Positions 1 to 9,390 of a stretch of DNA of 55,074 nucleotides are shown in pieces. The stretch comes from Erythrobacter sp. (GTDB lineage Bacteria > Pseudomonadota > Alphaproteobacteria > Sphingomonadales > Sphingomonadaceae): assembly GCA_013001165.1 (NCBI GenBank), contig JABDNC010000011.1:1-55074 (forward strand). Reading direction: 5' to 3'. The translations under genes were made by a program, and so were the position numbers. How positions within the stretch are numbered: the stretch's first letter is position 1; every line of letters starts with the position of its first letter. The notes beneath the pieces were generated by a model. It saw only the letters and a program-made list of their open reading frames with translations. It did not search any database and was not told where the DNA came from.

Positions 1-1028
1 GCATTCAGCTTCGGGTCCATCGCGTGGCTGTCGCGAATGGTAAAACGACCGACCTTCACCGGCGAGCTGTCGAAATCGCGTCCCAGATCACGGATCACGC
101 CGCTGTCGATTGCGGCGGCGACGGTCAGCGGCTTGAAGGTCGAACCAAGCTCGTAAACCTGGTTGGTCACCCGGTTGAACATGAGCTTCTGACCTTCTTC
201 GTCGATCTTGTTCGGATCGAATTCGGGAAGGCTGGCAAGCGCGATGACTTCGCCGGTGTCGACATCCAGCACGATGCCGGCACCGCCCTGCGCACGGGTC
301 AGCTTCATGCCGCGGCGCAGCTCATCCTCGAGCGCACCCTGCACGCGTACGTCGATCGAGAGCGCAACCGGCGTGCCGCGCGTCAGCGGGTCGGACAGGT
401 GCTTGTCGAAGACCTGCTCCATGCCCACGCGGCCCTTGCCGTCGGCAGCCACATAGCCGAGGACATGCGCCGCCATCGCACCTTGCGGGTAATGGCGGTC
501 TTCCTCGGTCGGCATCTCTAGCGCCAGCTCGCCCAGTTCGTGGACGCGGTTCGCTTCCTCTGGAAGCAGGCGCTTGCGGATATAGCCAGACTTGCCGCTC
601 GCGAGCTGCGCAGCGACCTTCTGTTCGTCAAGGTCGGGGAAGATTTCGGCGAGTTTTGCGGCCACGTCTTCGGGCTTGCCGACCAGCGGCGCTGCGTCCT
701 CGCCCATCGCCTCGGGGTTGAACCAGAGCGCGTATGCCGGGAAGGCTCGCGCCATAGGCACGCCGTTGCGATCGACGATCTGGCCGCGCGACGGCAGCAG
801 TGCATCTTCGAGCGAAGTAGCGCGAGCGCCCTCGCCACCGATGCCGAGATAGGTGATACGCGACAGCGCGAGCAACGCCACGAAGGCAAAGGCTGCGGCA
901 ATCCAGAGGACGCGCCAGCGCGCGAGGTCGAGCGACTGCTGACGAACAGTGACGAGCTGCACCCGCCCGCTCGCCATCGCCATGCTCACCGCTCCCGGGC
1001 CACCGTGGAGAGCGGAAAATGCGTTCAC
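1..1028 (-). CDS. ftsI: Peptidoglycan D,D-transpeptidase FtsI/PBP3, 5' part (runs off the window start)
   Basis: Not in the ORF track because it is open-ended. My translation from GTG 1028 (GTGA overlap with the upstream stop) gives an N-terminal TM helix, RGQIVDRNG, RHYPQG, HVLGYV, GRVGMEQ and LSIDVRVQ, which are class B PBP dimerisation-domain motifs. It sits at the usual dcw position. Confidence 0.92.
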   Translation of the reverse strand, partial: MNAFSALHGGPGAVSMAMASGRVQLVTVRQQSLDLARWRVLWIAAAFAFVALLALSRITYLGIGGEGARATSLEDALLPSRGQIVDRNGVPMARAFPAYALWFNPEAMGEDAAPLVGKPEDVAAKLAEIFPDLDEQKVAAQLASGKSGYIRKRLLPEEANRVHELGELALEMPTEEDRHYPQGAMAAHVLGYVAADGKGRVGMEQVFDKHLSDPLTRGTPVALSIDVRVQGALEDELRRGMKLTRAQGGAGIVLDVDTGEVIALASLPEFDPNKIDEEGQKLMFNRVTNQVYELGSTFKPLTVAAAIDSGVIRDLGRDFDSSPVKVGRFTIRDSHAMDPKLN

Positions 1029-1546
1029 TGCGCGACCTCCGCTGCAGCGACGGAGACGCTAGCAGGCTGAGCCAGCCGTTGGGCAAGGCTGGAGGCGATC
1101 CGGCGCGACGGATCGGCACCGCGCGACTTCACCATGCGGGTCGGCTCTGCATCGTCATCGCCCAACCAGTCCTCGAACAGGCCTTCTTCTTCGATAGGGC
1201 CGTTATCGGCCATTGCGACACGAATGGGCTGGGGAGCACCGATGCCGCGCGGCGTTCCGAGCGCGGCAAGCTGGCGTTCCTGTTCGAGGTACTGGTCGGC
1301 GCGCGGCGCGGAATAGCCGAACTCGACCCGATTCCAGTCAGCAAGCTGGTGCTGGTTGGCGCGGGTCTGGAATTCGGTTTCCAGCATCTGCTTGGACCGT
1401 TCGGCGGCGATGATCTGGCGTTCGACGATGCGCACGTCGCTCTTCACCGCATTGACCTTGAAAGTCAGCGCGAGAAAAATAGCGACGCAGACTGCGAGCA
1501 GGGCAAGCCAGCCGATCTGACGGAGGCGCGAGGTATGGGCCATCAT
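1025..1546 (-). CDS. ftsL: FtsL-like cell division protein
   Basis: Single N-terminal TM, then a coiled coil ([27 protein letters not shown]). Lies between rsmH and ftsI, overlapping both by 4 bp. Confidence 0.7.
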   Translation of the reverse strand: MMAHTSRLRQIGWLALLAVCVAIFLALTFKVNAVKSDVRIVERQIIAAERSKQMLETEFQTRANQHQLADWNRVEFGYSAPRADQYLEQERQLAALGTPRGIGAPQPIRVAMADNGPIEEEGLFEDWLGDDDAEPTRMVKSRGADPSRRIASSLAQRLAQPASVSVAAAEVAQ

Positions 1547-2481
1547 GCCGCCTCCCTTGCAGGTGTTACGGTGCGGACCGCGTGGCGAAGCACCGAGGAA
1601 CGGGCACGCGGATTGCGCGCGATTTCCGCGTCACCCGGCTTGATCGCCTTGGAAACTCTCGAAAAAACCGGATCGACCTGTGCCACCAAAGGGACATGAC
1701 GCGAGGCGCTCGGGGTTGAGGATGCCTCGCGCAGGAAGCGCTTGACGATCCGGTCTTCGAGGCTGTGGAAGCTGACCACCGCGAGGCGGCCCCCTTCGCG
1801 CAGCAGGTGTTCGGCAGCCGACAGCCCCTGGGACAGTTCGTCGAGCTCGCCGTTCACGTGAATTCTGATGGCCTGGAAAGTGCGGGTAGCCGGGTCCTTC
1901 TTGTCGGTCGGCTTGTACCCCAACGCCTTGCGCACGACGCGCGCCAGTTCACCCGTCGTCTCCAGCGGGCGTGCGGCGACGATCGCGCGCGCAACGCGGC
2001 GCGACTGGCGCTCTTCGCCATACTGGTAGATCACATCCGCGATCGTGCCTTCCTCGGCAGTGTTGAGGAAATCGGCTGCGCTTTCGCCGTCCTGACTCAT
2101 CCGCATGTCGAGCGGACCGTCGGCCGAAAATGCAAAACCACGTTCGGCCTGGTCGAGCTGCATCGAGGAAACGCCGATATCCATGACGACGCCGTCCACG
2201 CTTTCAACGCCGGCATCGCGCATGACTTCGAGCATCTCGGAGAAGCGATGCGGATGAAGAATGAGGCGGGGCGGAGTATGCTCCGTCTCCCGCCAGCTGC
2301 GACCCGCAGCAATTGCGTCAGGGTCCCGGTCGAAGGCGTGCACGGTCGCGCCGCGCTCGAGCAGCGCACGCGTGTAGCCGCCCGCGCCGAAAGTTGCGTC
2401 GATCAGCACGTCACCCGGCTGCGGGTCGAGTGCCTCGATCACCTCGTCGAGGAGGACGGGGATGTGGGGTGCCTCGCTCAT
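1543..2481 (-). CDS. rsmH: 16S rRNA m4C1402 methyltransferase RsmH
   Basis: [63 protein letters not shown] 2481 overlaps the mraZ stop. Confidence 0.97.
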   Translation of the reverse strand: MSEAPHIPVLLDEVIEALDPQPGDVLIDATFGAGGYTRALLERGATVHAFDRDPDAIAAGRSWRETEHTPPRLILHPHRFSEMLEVMRDAGVESVDGVVMDIGVSSMQLDQAERGFAFSADGPLDMRMSQDGESAADFLNTAEEGTIADVIYQYGEERQSRRVARAIVAARPLETTGELARVVRKALGYKPTDKKDPATRTFQAIRIHVNGELDELSQGLSAAEHLLREGGRLAVVSFHSLEDRIVKRFLREASSTPSASRHVPLVAQVDPVFSRVSKAIKPGDAEIARNPRARSSVLRHAVRTVTPAREAA

Positions 2482-2978
2482 TTGCCCCCACCTTTCCCAG
2501 ATTTCGCCTTCGCGTCGGCAAGGAAGCTTTGGCAGGCGGCCTTGGCGCTCGCCCAGTCGTCGCCCATTTCGGCGAGCTGCGCGGGATTCCACAAGGTGAA
2601 GAAGCGGCCACCGCCTTGGAAGTAGAGGCCATCCTCGATCCGGCCGAGCTGGCGCAGGTGGTCGGGCATGACGAAACGGCCGCTGTCGTCGAAAGGCATC
2701 TCGACGAAGCCGAAAAGCTGGCTGGCGCGGGTGTCGCGGTCGAAGTCGCGGCCGACCTTGTAGGCGAGCTCTTCCTCGCGATCGAGCTGTGCGTCGAGTT
2801 CGGTTTTGCGGCTGAGGCCGAAGCCGGTGAGGCAGTTCCAGGTGGGGTGCTTCATCAGGCAGAGCACGCGGCCGTCGGAGCTTTCCTTTACGGCCTTGCG
2901 GAACAGCGGCGGAAGCACAAAGCGGCCCTTATCGCCCGCAGGCGAATAGGCTTGTCCGCTGTACCCTCCGAATTGCAC
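2478..2978 (-). CDS. mraZ: Division/cell wall cluster transcriptional repressor MraZ
   Basis: Two DxxGR motifs ([17 protein letters not shown]) and GGGRFFTLW. First gene of the dcw cluster; GTG start after a purine-rich RBS. Confidence 0.92.
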   Translation of the reverse strand: MQFGGYSGQAYSPAGDKGRFVLPPLFRKAVKESSDGRVLCLMKHPTWNCLTGFGLSRKTELDAQLDREEELAYKVGRDFDRDTRASQLFGFVEMPFDDSGRFVMPDHLRQLGRIEDGLYFQGGGRFFTLWNPAQLAEMGDDWASAKAACQSFLADAKAKSGKGGGK

Positions 2979-3122
2979 TGCCCTGTCCCCAGCTGGCGTT
3001 TATCGTTCTCCTCACCAGACAAACCTCCCCCGTCCGCAGAAGCACGAGCTTCCACGGCTCGCATCGCCGTTGGCGGTGCGCGCAAAGACAATGGCATGTC
3101 CGATGTCTGGATGATTTATCGC

Positions 3123-3166
3123 GGGAAGCGCGGGGATGGAAGGGAAAATTGCGGGATTTTACGGGA
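3123..3166. promoter_or_regulatory. Phased GGGA repeat array, putative MraZ operator (proximal)
   Basis: GGGA starts at 3123, 3133, 3142, 3153 and 3163 (~10-bp period). E. coli MraZ is known to bind TGGGN repeats at 10-bp spacing upstream of mraZ. Confidence 0.7.
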
Positions 3167-3223
3167 TTAGTCCGCAAACTGTTGATTTTATTTGCTTATT
3201 ATACCCCAATGATCTGTGGATTG

Positions 3224-3239
3224 GTTACCGAATAGCTAA
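3224..3239 (-). promoter_or_regulatory. Degenerate CtrA-like box
   Basis: Minus strand reads TTAG-CTATTCG-GTAAC against consensus TTAA-N7-TTAAC (2 mismatches), within the AT-rich mraZ upstream region. Confidence 0.35.
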
Positions 3240-3275
3240 CGCAACCCTCGGAAAATTACCGGGAATCGGTCTCCA

Positions 3276-3323
3276 TCCCGCACGATCCCCGTGCGAGTCC
3301 CGCGAAATCCCCGACCGAGTCCC
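3276..3323. promoter_or_regulatory. Phased TCCC repeat array, putative MraZ operator (distal, inverted)
   Basis: TCCC starts at 3276, 3286, 3298, 3308 and 3320 (10/12-bp spacing), mirroring the proximal GGGA array. Confidence 0.55.
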
Positions 3324-3339
3324 GGAGAATGCAATCAGG

Positions 3340-4107
3340 TCATTCGGAAAGGGCTTCGCCGACCAGCGCGCCCAGCACGGCGCGCCTTTGCGGACTGTCG
3401 AAATGATCGTCGACCAGCGCCGCGTCCGCGACCAAAGTCACCTGCCCCTCGCCCAGCTTGCACCGCGCGACAAGACCACCGTCGCTAAGAGAGCAATCCG
3501 CCTGCGGATCGTTCCCGGCGAGCGCGAACTCGCCAGCCAGATCGACCGGGATCTCGCCTTCGCCGAAGCTCACCAGTCGTTCACCCTCGGGCTGGCGATC
3601 GTCGAAACGCAGTTCGAGCCCCCAGCGCGCAAACAGCGGCGACATCACGACCATGTCGTGCGGTCGGCGGGGATCGCCGAGCGGATAGTCGCTGTGCTGG
3701 GTAAGATAGGGATCGGCAAATATGAGCGCGCTTCCGCCCTCGCGCAGCCAGCTATCGAACGCGACATTTTCCGATGGCGCCAGCGGTCGTGGCTGCGCAA
3801 GGACCACGTGGGCCAAGCCTTCGAGCGCGTCCTCTTCAAGCGTGTCGAGCGGGACCAGGGAAGCGCGCTCTTCCAGAACCGGGCGCACCCAGCCCGGCTC
3901 GCTCACGCCGTCCAGCATCGCGCCGATATCCGCACCCTCGCCCCAATAGATCGGGAGCGTGGTGAACAGGCCGAGGCTCACGCTTTCCGCGGCTTCCTGA
4001 CCCGTCGCACCCGGCTCGACCTGGCTGTCCGCAGAGGTTCCTCCGCATGCAGCAAGGCACAGGGCCAGTAACGCGGCGAGCGCCTTACTCAGGCGGCGTG
4101 GCTGCAT
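3340..4107 (-). CDS. Lipoprotein, GldG/DUF4350-like
   Basis: Lipobox LAAC. LAQPRPLAPSENVAFDSWLREGGSALIFADP and GEGQVTLVADAAL resemble GldG/IFT52-type domains. ATG 4107. Confidence 0.6.
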   Translation of the reverse strand: MQPRRLSKALAALLALCLAACGGTSADSQVEPGATGQEAAESVSLGLFTTLPIYWGEGADIGAMLDGVSEPGWVRPVLEERASLVPLDTLEEDALEGLAHVVLAQPRPLAPSENVAFDSWLREGGSALIFADPYLTQHSDYPLGDPRRPHDMVVMSPLFARWGLELRFDDRQPEGERLVSFGEGEIPVDLAGEFALAGNDPQADCSLSDGGLVARCKLGEGQVTLVADAALVDDHFDSPQRRAVLGALVGEALSE

Positions 4108-4468
4108 CTGGCGAACCTTGTCCCGGCACGACGGCAGGCGATTGCGTCGGGGCGGGTGTCGGCTGCGCAGGCAAATCGGGAACCACGCCCGCTTCCACGA
4201 GCGGATCGTTCTGGACCGGCGCGGTACTGGGTTCGGTCGTGGGCGCGGCAGCAGGGACCGACGACGCATCCACTTCGCGGGTACGGTCCTGGATGAGGCT
4301 GGCAAGGCCGACCAGCAGGATCATGAGGACAACACCGCCCACGCCGACCTGCAGGCGCTGCATGGCCTGCGCACGGGTACCGCCGAGCGGCACCTCGGAG
4401 AATTCCGTGAGGCGCGGCTTTTCGCGGGTAAGATCGAATGAACGCGGCATGCCGGGAATTTTGGGCAT
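4085..4468 (-). CDS. Hypothetical single-pass membrane protein with Pro-rich C-terminus
   Basis: ATG 4468 after GGAGG, just downstream of cysK. TM segment VGVGGVVLMILLVGLASLI, then DPLVEAGVVPDLP and a Pro/Thr-rich tail. Confidence 0.7.
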   Translation of the reverse strand: MPKIPGMPRSFDLTREKPRLTEFSEVPLGGTRAQAMQRLQVGVGGVVLMILLVGLASLIQDRTREVDASSVPAAAPTTEPSTAPVQNDPLVEAGVVPDLPAQPTPAPTQSPAVVPGQGSPDAATPPE

Positions 4469-4482
4469 TGCCAGCGCCTCCG

Positions 4483-5499
4483 TCAATCGCTGTCTTCGAG
4501 CCAGTCGAAGACCGGCAGGTTTTTCGAGCGTAGCCAGTCGGCATTGTAGAGCGTCGACAGGTAACGGAAGCCGGTATCGCACAGGATGGTGACGACACGC
4601 GGGTTCTCGCGCCCCTCGGCGACCAGCTGCTTGCCCAGCTCGACCGCGCCAGCCACATTGATACCGCTCGACAGGCCGAGGCAAAGGCCTTCTTCGCGCA
4701 ACAATCGTGCCACCCAGTCGAGGCCTTCCTCGTCCGAGATACGGAACTGCGTATCGATCGGCGCGCCTTCGAGATTGCCGGTAATGCGGCCCTGCCCGAT
4801 GCCTTCTGCGACGGATGAGCCCTCGCCCTTCAATTCGCCATTGGCGTAGTAATTGTAGAGCGCTGCGCCATGCGGGTCGGTCAGCGCGATCACGACGCTC
4901 TCGTCGAATTCCTTCAGACCCATGCCGACACCGGCAATCGTGCCGCCTGTGCCCGCCGCACAAGTGAAGCCGTCGATCCGGCCTCCGGTCTGCTGCCAAA
5001 TCTCCCTGGCCGTGCCTTCGATATGTGCCTTGCGGTTGGCGGTATTGTCGAACTGACCCGCCCAAATCGCGCCCTCGGTCTCTTCCGCCATCCGGCGCGA
5101 GACATGCTGGAAGTGGTTGGGATCGGCGTATTTGGTCGGCGGGACCGTGACGAGCTCCGCACCAAGCGCGCGCAAGGTCGCCATCTTCTCGCTCGACTGA
5201 TTGTCCGGCATGACGATTATCGTCTTGTAGCCAAGGGCATTGGCAACCAGCGCAATACCGATACCGGTATTGCCAGCGGTGCCTTCGACCACGCAGCCGC
5301 CCTCTTTCAGTTCACCGCGCGCCTCTGCATCGCGAATGATGTAGAGCGCGGCGCGATCCTTCACCGAGGCGCCTGGATTGGCGAATTCGCACTTGCCGTA
5401 AATGTCGCAACCGGCCTCCTTGCTGGGGCCTTCGAGCCGCACCAGCGGAGTGTTGCCGATAAGGTCGAGCGTACGCTCGCGAACGGGAATCTGAGTCAT
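4483..5499 (-). CDS. cysK: Cysteine synthase A
   Basis: IGNTPLVRL, KCEFANPGASVKDR (PLP lysine), EGTAGNTGIG, GTGGT, EGIG, ILCDTGFRYLS. Confidence 0.93.
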   Translation of the reverse strand: MTQIPVRERTLDLIGNTPLVRLEGPSKEAGCDIYGKCEFANPGASVKDRAALYIIRDAEARGELKEGGCVVEGTAGNTGIGIALVANALGYKTIIVMPDNQSSEKMATLRALGAELVTVPPTKYADPNHFQHVSRRMAEETEGAIWAGQFDNTANRKAHIEGTAREIWQQTGGRIDGFTCAAGTGGTIAGVGMGLKEFDESVVIALTDPHGAALYNYYANGELKGEGSSVAEGIGQGRITGNLEGAPIDTQFRISDEEGLDWVARLLREEGLCLGLSSGINVAGAVELGKQLVAEGRENPRVVTILCDTGFRYLSTLYNADWLRSKNLPVFDWLEDSD

Positions 5500-5541
5500 G
5501 CTGGCCGAGGTAGGCGCGGGTGCCTCCTCACGCAAACAAGA

Positions 5542-5859
5542 TCAATCTTCCGGCGCGATAGTAACCTTGAGGCCGTCGAGATCGCCGGTGAAGGGGATCT
5601 GGCACGACAGGCGCGAACTTTGGACGCGATGGTCGCTGCTTTCCAGCAGGTCGTCTTCGTCCTCGCTCATTTCCGGAAGCTTGCCGGTGAACTCGCTATC
5701 GACATGCACGTGGCAGGTCGCGCAGGAGCAGCAACCGCCGCACAGCGCCAGCAATTCGTCGAAACCGTTGTCGCGAATGGCTTCCATAACGGTGAGGCCG
5801 TCTTCGACCTGGATTTCGGAAGTTTCGCCTTCACGGGTGGTGACGATCAGCTTGGGCAT
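5542..5859 (-). CDS. 2Fe-2S ferredoxin (adrenodoxin/putidaredoxin type)
   Basis: [12 protein letters not shown] and SRLSCQI. Confidence 0.95.
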   Translation of the reverse strand: MPKLIVTTREGETSEIQVEDGLTVMEAIRDNGFDELLALCGGCCSCATCHVHVDSEFTGKLPEMSEDEDDLLESSDHRVQSSRLSCQIPFTGDLDGLKVTIAPED

Positions 5860-5947
5860 CGATGCATTCCTGTGTTGCGTCGCCCGCCACGCGGGCCGTA
5901 TGCGAAGGGCTGCTATTCAAAGCGAAGCGGGAAGGCAAGCTCTACTC

Positions 5948-6565
5948 ATGGGTCTCACGACTGCGCAGATACGCGAACATCTCGATGCCGTGGCGGCCGA
6001 AGACCGCGTGGTGGCAGGCGCGATCGAACGCGTCGGCTATCCCGAAGAACGCATCCGTCCAACCGGCTATCGCACCTTGCTGCGCACCATAGTGGGTCAG
6101 CAGGTGAGCGTGGCAGCAGCGGCATCGGTCTGGAACAAGCTTGAAACCGAGCTGGGCGAGGACATGCACGCGCACGAGCTGCTCGCGCGCGATTTCGACA
6201 CACTGCGCGCCTGCGGATTGTCGCGCCAGAAACAGGGCTATGCCCGCAGCCTGTGCGAACTGGTGGCAGGCGGCGAACTTGACCTCGAAAGCCTGCCCGA
6301 TGACGACGAGGAAGCCATAGCCGAGCTTACGCGTATCAAGGGGATCGGTCGCTGGTCGGCGGAAATCTACCTTCTATTCGCGGAAGGCCGCCAGGACATC
6401 TGGCCGGCGGGCGATCTCGCCGTACAGGCCGCGTGCGGCAAGCTGCTCGACTTGCCGGAAAGGCCGAGCGAAAAAGATACGCGCGCGCTGGCGGAAAAGT
6501 GGAAGCCCTATCGCGGGGCCATGGCCATCTTCACCTGGCATGCCTATGCCGACCCCGCGCTCTGA
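5948..6565 (+). CDS. alkA: DNA-3-methyladenine glycosylase II family (HhH-GPD)
   Basis: IVGQQVSVAAA, GLSRQK, HhH LTRIKGIGRWSAE, DIWPAGDLAV, WKPYRG. Confidence 0.88.
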   Translation: MGLTTAQIREHLDAVAAEDRVVAGAIERVGYPEERIRPTGYRTLLRTIVGQQVSVAAAASVWNKLETELGEDMHAHELLARDFDTLRACGLSRQKQGYARSLCELVAGGELDLESLPDDDEEAIAELTRIKGIGRWSAEIYLLFAEGRQDIWPAGDLAVQAACGKLLDLPERPSEKDTRALAEKWKPYRGAMAIFTWHAYADPAL

Positions 6566-6580
6566 ACTGGGAGAGAATTG

Positions 6581-7387
6581 GTGAGCACACGCAAGGCTAT
6601 CTTCATCACCGGTGGTGCCTCCGGCATCGGTCGGGCCATCGCGCTCTATTTCGGCCAGCGTGACTGGTTCGTCGGGCTTGGTGATGTCGACACTTTCGGC
6701 ATGGAAGCAACGATGGACATGATCGGCCATGGCTTCGTGTTTCAGCACAAATTCGACGTGCGCGATCGTGGCGCATGGGACGAGGCGCTGGAGAGCTTTG
6801 CCACTGCCACAGGCGGCCGGATCGACGTGCTTGCCAACAATGCTGGCATCCCCTTGGGCGGCGCTCTGGAAGAGAACAGCGTCGAAGAGATCGAGCGCTG
6901 CCTCGATATCAATCTGAAGGGCGTGCTGTTCGGCGCGCAGGCCGCCTATCCGCACCTCAAGAAGACCGCTCCCGGCTCATGCCTGCTGAACACGGCCAGT
7001 GCGGCGGGCGTCTATGGCACGCCGGGTGCTAGCGTCTATTCGGCGACCAAGTTCGGCGTCCGCGCAATCACTGAAAGCCTCGACGGCGAATGGGCGGAAG
7101 ACGGCATCAAGGTCCGCTCGATCATGCCCAGCTTCATCGACACGCCGCTGCTCGACCATAATCCCAACGCCAAGAGCAACGAAGACATCCGCAGCCGCGT
7201 GACCGAGGCTGGTCTCGAGATTACGCCGGTCGAGGAAGTCGCCAAGGCCGCATGGGATGCTGTGCATGGCGAGAAGCTGCATACGGTGGTCGGCAAGACT
7301 GCCAGGCAACTTGCTTTTGGCGCGCGCTGGATGCCGGGCCGCGTCCGCAAGCAGACACGCGGTTCCGCACGCCCGCTAGGGAAGTAG
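6581..7387 (+). CDS. SDR family oxidoreductase
   Basis: TGGASGIG, NNAG, YSATK catalytic motif. Confidence 0.92.
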   Translation: MSTRKAIFITGGASGIGRAIALYFGQRDWFVGLGDVDTFGMEATMDMIGHGFVFQHKFDVRDRGAWDEALESFATATGGRIDVLANNAGIPLGGALEENSVEEIERCLDINLKGVLFGAQAAYPHLKKTAPGSCLLNTASAAGVYGTPGASVYSATKFGVRAITESLDGEWAEDGIKVRSIMPSFIDTPLLDHNPNAKSNEDIRSRVTEAGLEITPVEEVAKAAWDAVHGEKLHTVVGKTARQLAFGARWMPGRVRKQTRGSARPLGK

Positions 7388-8467
7388 CTAGCGTTTCGCC
7401 TTGCGCAACGCCGAGCGGCCTTCTTCGGAAAGAAACGGCTCCAGCTCGCCCCAGGGGACGTGAATATCGTCGCCGCAAACGGTCAGCACGTGCGGCACGG
7501 AGGGAATGAAGCCCAGCCCGTCCTCGACCAGTCCGACGTTCCAATACAGCTGCTCGCCGATCGCTTCGCGGCATTCCGCTTCGACATTGTCGTAATACCC
7601 CATCACCGTATCGCGCAGCTCCGGCGTGATGACGAGGCTGTCCACTTCGGTCAAAGTGAAACCCTTGGGCGAAAGCCAGCTTGCCGGGATGTCGATCTCG
7701 GCACCCGTTTCGCGGTCGAACACGCGGTAATCCAGCCAGAAGTTGGGATGCGCACCGCCACAGAAGTTGCCCGTGGTCGTGAGCGCGGAAATGAAGTTCG
7801 GATTTGCGACGACCGGTTCCGTGCCGGCACTAACGTACCCATCCACTCCCAAGGAGGAGATGCCACCACTCATACAGTCGAACAGTGCATCGCCGGATTT
7901 CCCGGTCGGCCTGTCCGCAGCAAGCTTTTGCAGGATCGCAGCGTCGCCCGGCTGGTCCGGCGCAAACTCGAATCCGGAATAAGTATTGTCGGCAAGATGC
8001 GCGGGCGGTTTCCACTCGACTTGCCGGTAACGCCAGCCACCAAGGTCCCTTTGTTCGAAAGAGAATTCCGGTTCGAAAGTGCGCGGCTCGAGGAACTCGA
8101 CGGACCCGCAGGCTCCGCCCCAGCCGTATTCCCGTGCGGTCCACTCTTGCCGTTGCAGCTCAAGCGGCAGGACACGCCTGCCTTGTGCCCAGTTGCCCGA
8201 TGCGCGATCGCTTCCCGAAAGCGTAAGCGACCAATCTGGCGCTTCGTCACCAAAACCTTCGGTCCAGATGCCGATCGCATCGCCATCGCGTAGTGAAATG
8301 GGGATGAGGTACTTATCGTAGTAATAGGAGCCTTGACCGCGTGTGAAGCACACCGTGACCGGCATCTTGCCGACGGTCCCGGTCCACAAGCCATCGAAAG
8401 GATAGCTGGGTGGCTCGGTGGCTCCGGCCGCACCCGCAGCAAGCAGCGCTGCGGCGACAAGGCTCAT
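7388..8467 (-). CDS. Secreted hypothetical protein with C-terminal DUF3298/DUF4163-like region
   Basis: Signal peptide [16 protein letters not shown]; FCGGAHPN...VFDRETG and [10 protein letters not shown]...[10 protein letters not shown]. Start overlaps the phhB stop (ATGA). Confidence 0.65.
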   Translation of the reverse strand: MSLVAAALLAAGAAGATEPPSYPFDGLWTGTVGKMPVTVCFTRGQGSYYYDKYLIPISLRDGDAIGIWTEGFGDEAPDWSLTLSGSDRASGNWAQGRRVLPLELQRQEWTAREYGWGGACGSVEFLEPRTFEPEFSFEQRDLGGWRYRQVEWKPPAHLADNTYSGFEFAPDQPGDAAILQKLAADRPTGKSGDALFDCMSGGISSLGVDGYVSAGTEPVVANPNFISALTTTGNFCGGAHPNFWLDYRVFDRETGAEIDIPASWLSPKGFTLTEVDSLVITPELRDTVMGYYDNVEAECREAIGEQLYWNVGLVEDGLGFIPSVPHVLTVCGDDIHVPWGELEPFLSEEGRSALRKAKR

Positions 8468-8754
8468 ACGAGCTTGTCGATCTTCTTGGCCATGTTCACG
8501 TCGCGCAGCGAAAGCCCGCCCGCGTCATGCGTGGTCAGCGTGATCTCGACCTTGTTGTAGACGTTGAACCATTCGGGATGGTGGTCGCGCTTCTCGGCCA
8601 TGATGGCAATCCGCGTCATGAAGGCGAAGGCCTCGGCGAAATCGGCGAACTCGAACTTGCGCTCGATCGCATTGCCTTCGCGCGTGAGCGACCAATCCGG
8701 CAGCGCGCGCATCCAGGTATCGCGTTCTTCTGCGGTCAGCTGTTCAACGGTCAT
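8464..8754 (-). CDS. phhB: Pterin-4-alpha-carbinolamine dehydratase
   Basis: [17 protein letters not shown] and [10 protein letters not shown] signature. Confidence 0.95.
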   Translation of the reverse strand: MTVEQLTAEERDTWMRALPDWSLTREGNAIERKFEFADFAEAFAFMTRIAIMAEKRDHHPEWFNVYNKVEITLTTHDAGGLSLRDVNMAKKIDKLV

Positions 8755-8811
8755 CGTGCCAGATCCTCTCTTGCTTGTGGCGCGTGAGCCTTTTGCCTAT
8801 CGCACCGTCCC

Positions 8812-9390
8812 ATGCAAGCGCAGCTCATCGCAAACGACATTGCCTGCCGGCGCGGCGACAGGCTGCTGTTCAGGGAGTTGACGCTCGCCTGCAAGGCGGG
8901 AGATGCCGTCCATGTCGCAGGGGCAAACGGCGTAGGCAAATCCAGCTTGTTGCGGATTATAGCCGGATTGCTGCGCCCCTTTTCCGGCACGGTCGAGACA
9001 TCAGGAGCAATCGGCCTGGTCGATGAGCGGCTGGCGCTCGACCCGAACCAGCCGCTGGGAAAGGCACTCGGCTTCTGGGAGCAACTCGACGGCGCGGACC
9101 AGCCGGCCCGCATTCACGACCTCCTCCAGATCGAGGCACTGCTCGACGTGCCTGTTCGGTTCCTGTCCACCGGCCAGAAAAAGCGCGCGGCGCTGGCCCG
9201 CCTCCTTAGTTGCTCCTGCCCCATCTGGCTGCTGGACGAGCCGCTGAACGGTCTCGACACGGAGGCCCAGCGCACTGTCGAAACGCTAGTAGCGCAGCAT
9301 TGCGAGAGCGGCGGTATTGCCGTGGTTGCATCGCACCAGCAGATATCCCTTCCCGGCACCCGGACCGTGTCGATCGGGGACTTCGCCTGA
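8812..9390 (+). CDS. ccmA: Heme ABC exporter ATP-binding protein CcmA
   Basis: CRRGDRLLF, Walker A GANGVGKS, LSTGQKKR, WLLDEP, SHQ. Confidence 0.93.
   Translation: MQAQLIANDIACRRGDRLLFRELTLACKAGDAVHVAGANGVGKSSLLRIIAGLLRPFSGTVETSGAIGLVDERLALDPNQPLGKALGFWEQLDGADQPARIHDLLQIEALLDVPVRFLSTGQKKRAALARLLSCSCPIWLLDEPLNGLDTEAQRTVETLVAQHCESGGIAVVASHQQISLPGTRTVSIGDFA

Noticed and set aside
3123-3323. CRISPR array or iteron reading of the GGGA repeats
   Set aside because: The repeats are only 4 bp with a ~10-bp period, and there is no cas or rep gene.
2979-3339. RNase P RNA, which often lies upstream of mraZ in alphaproteobacteria
   Set aside because: No GAGGAAAGTCC or other conserved rnpB segment on either strand.
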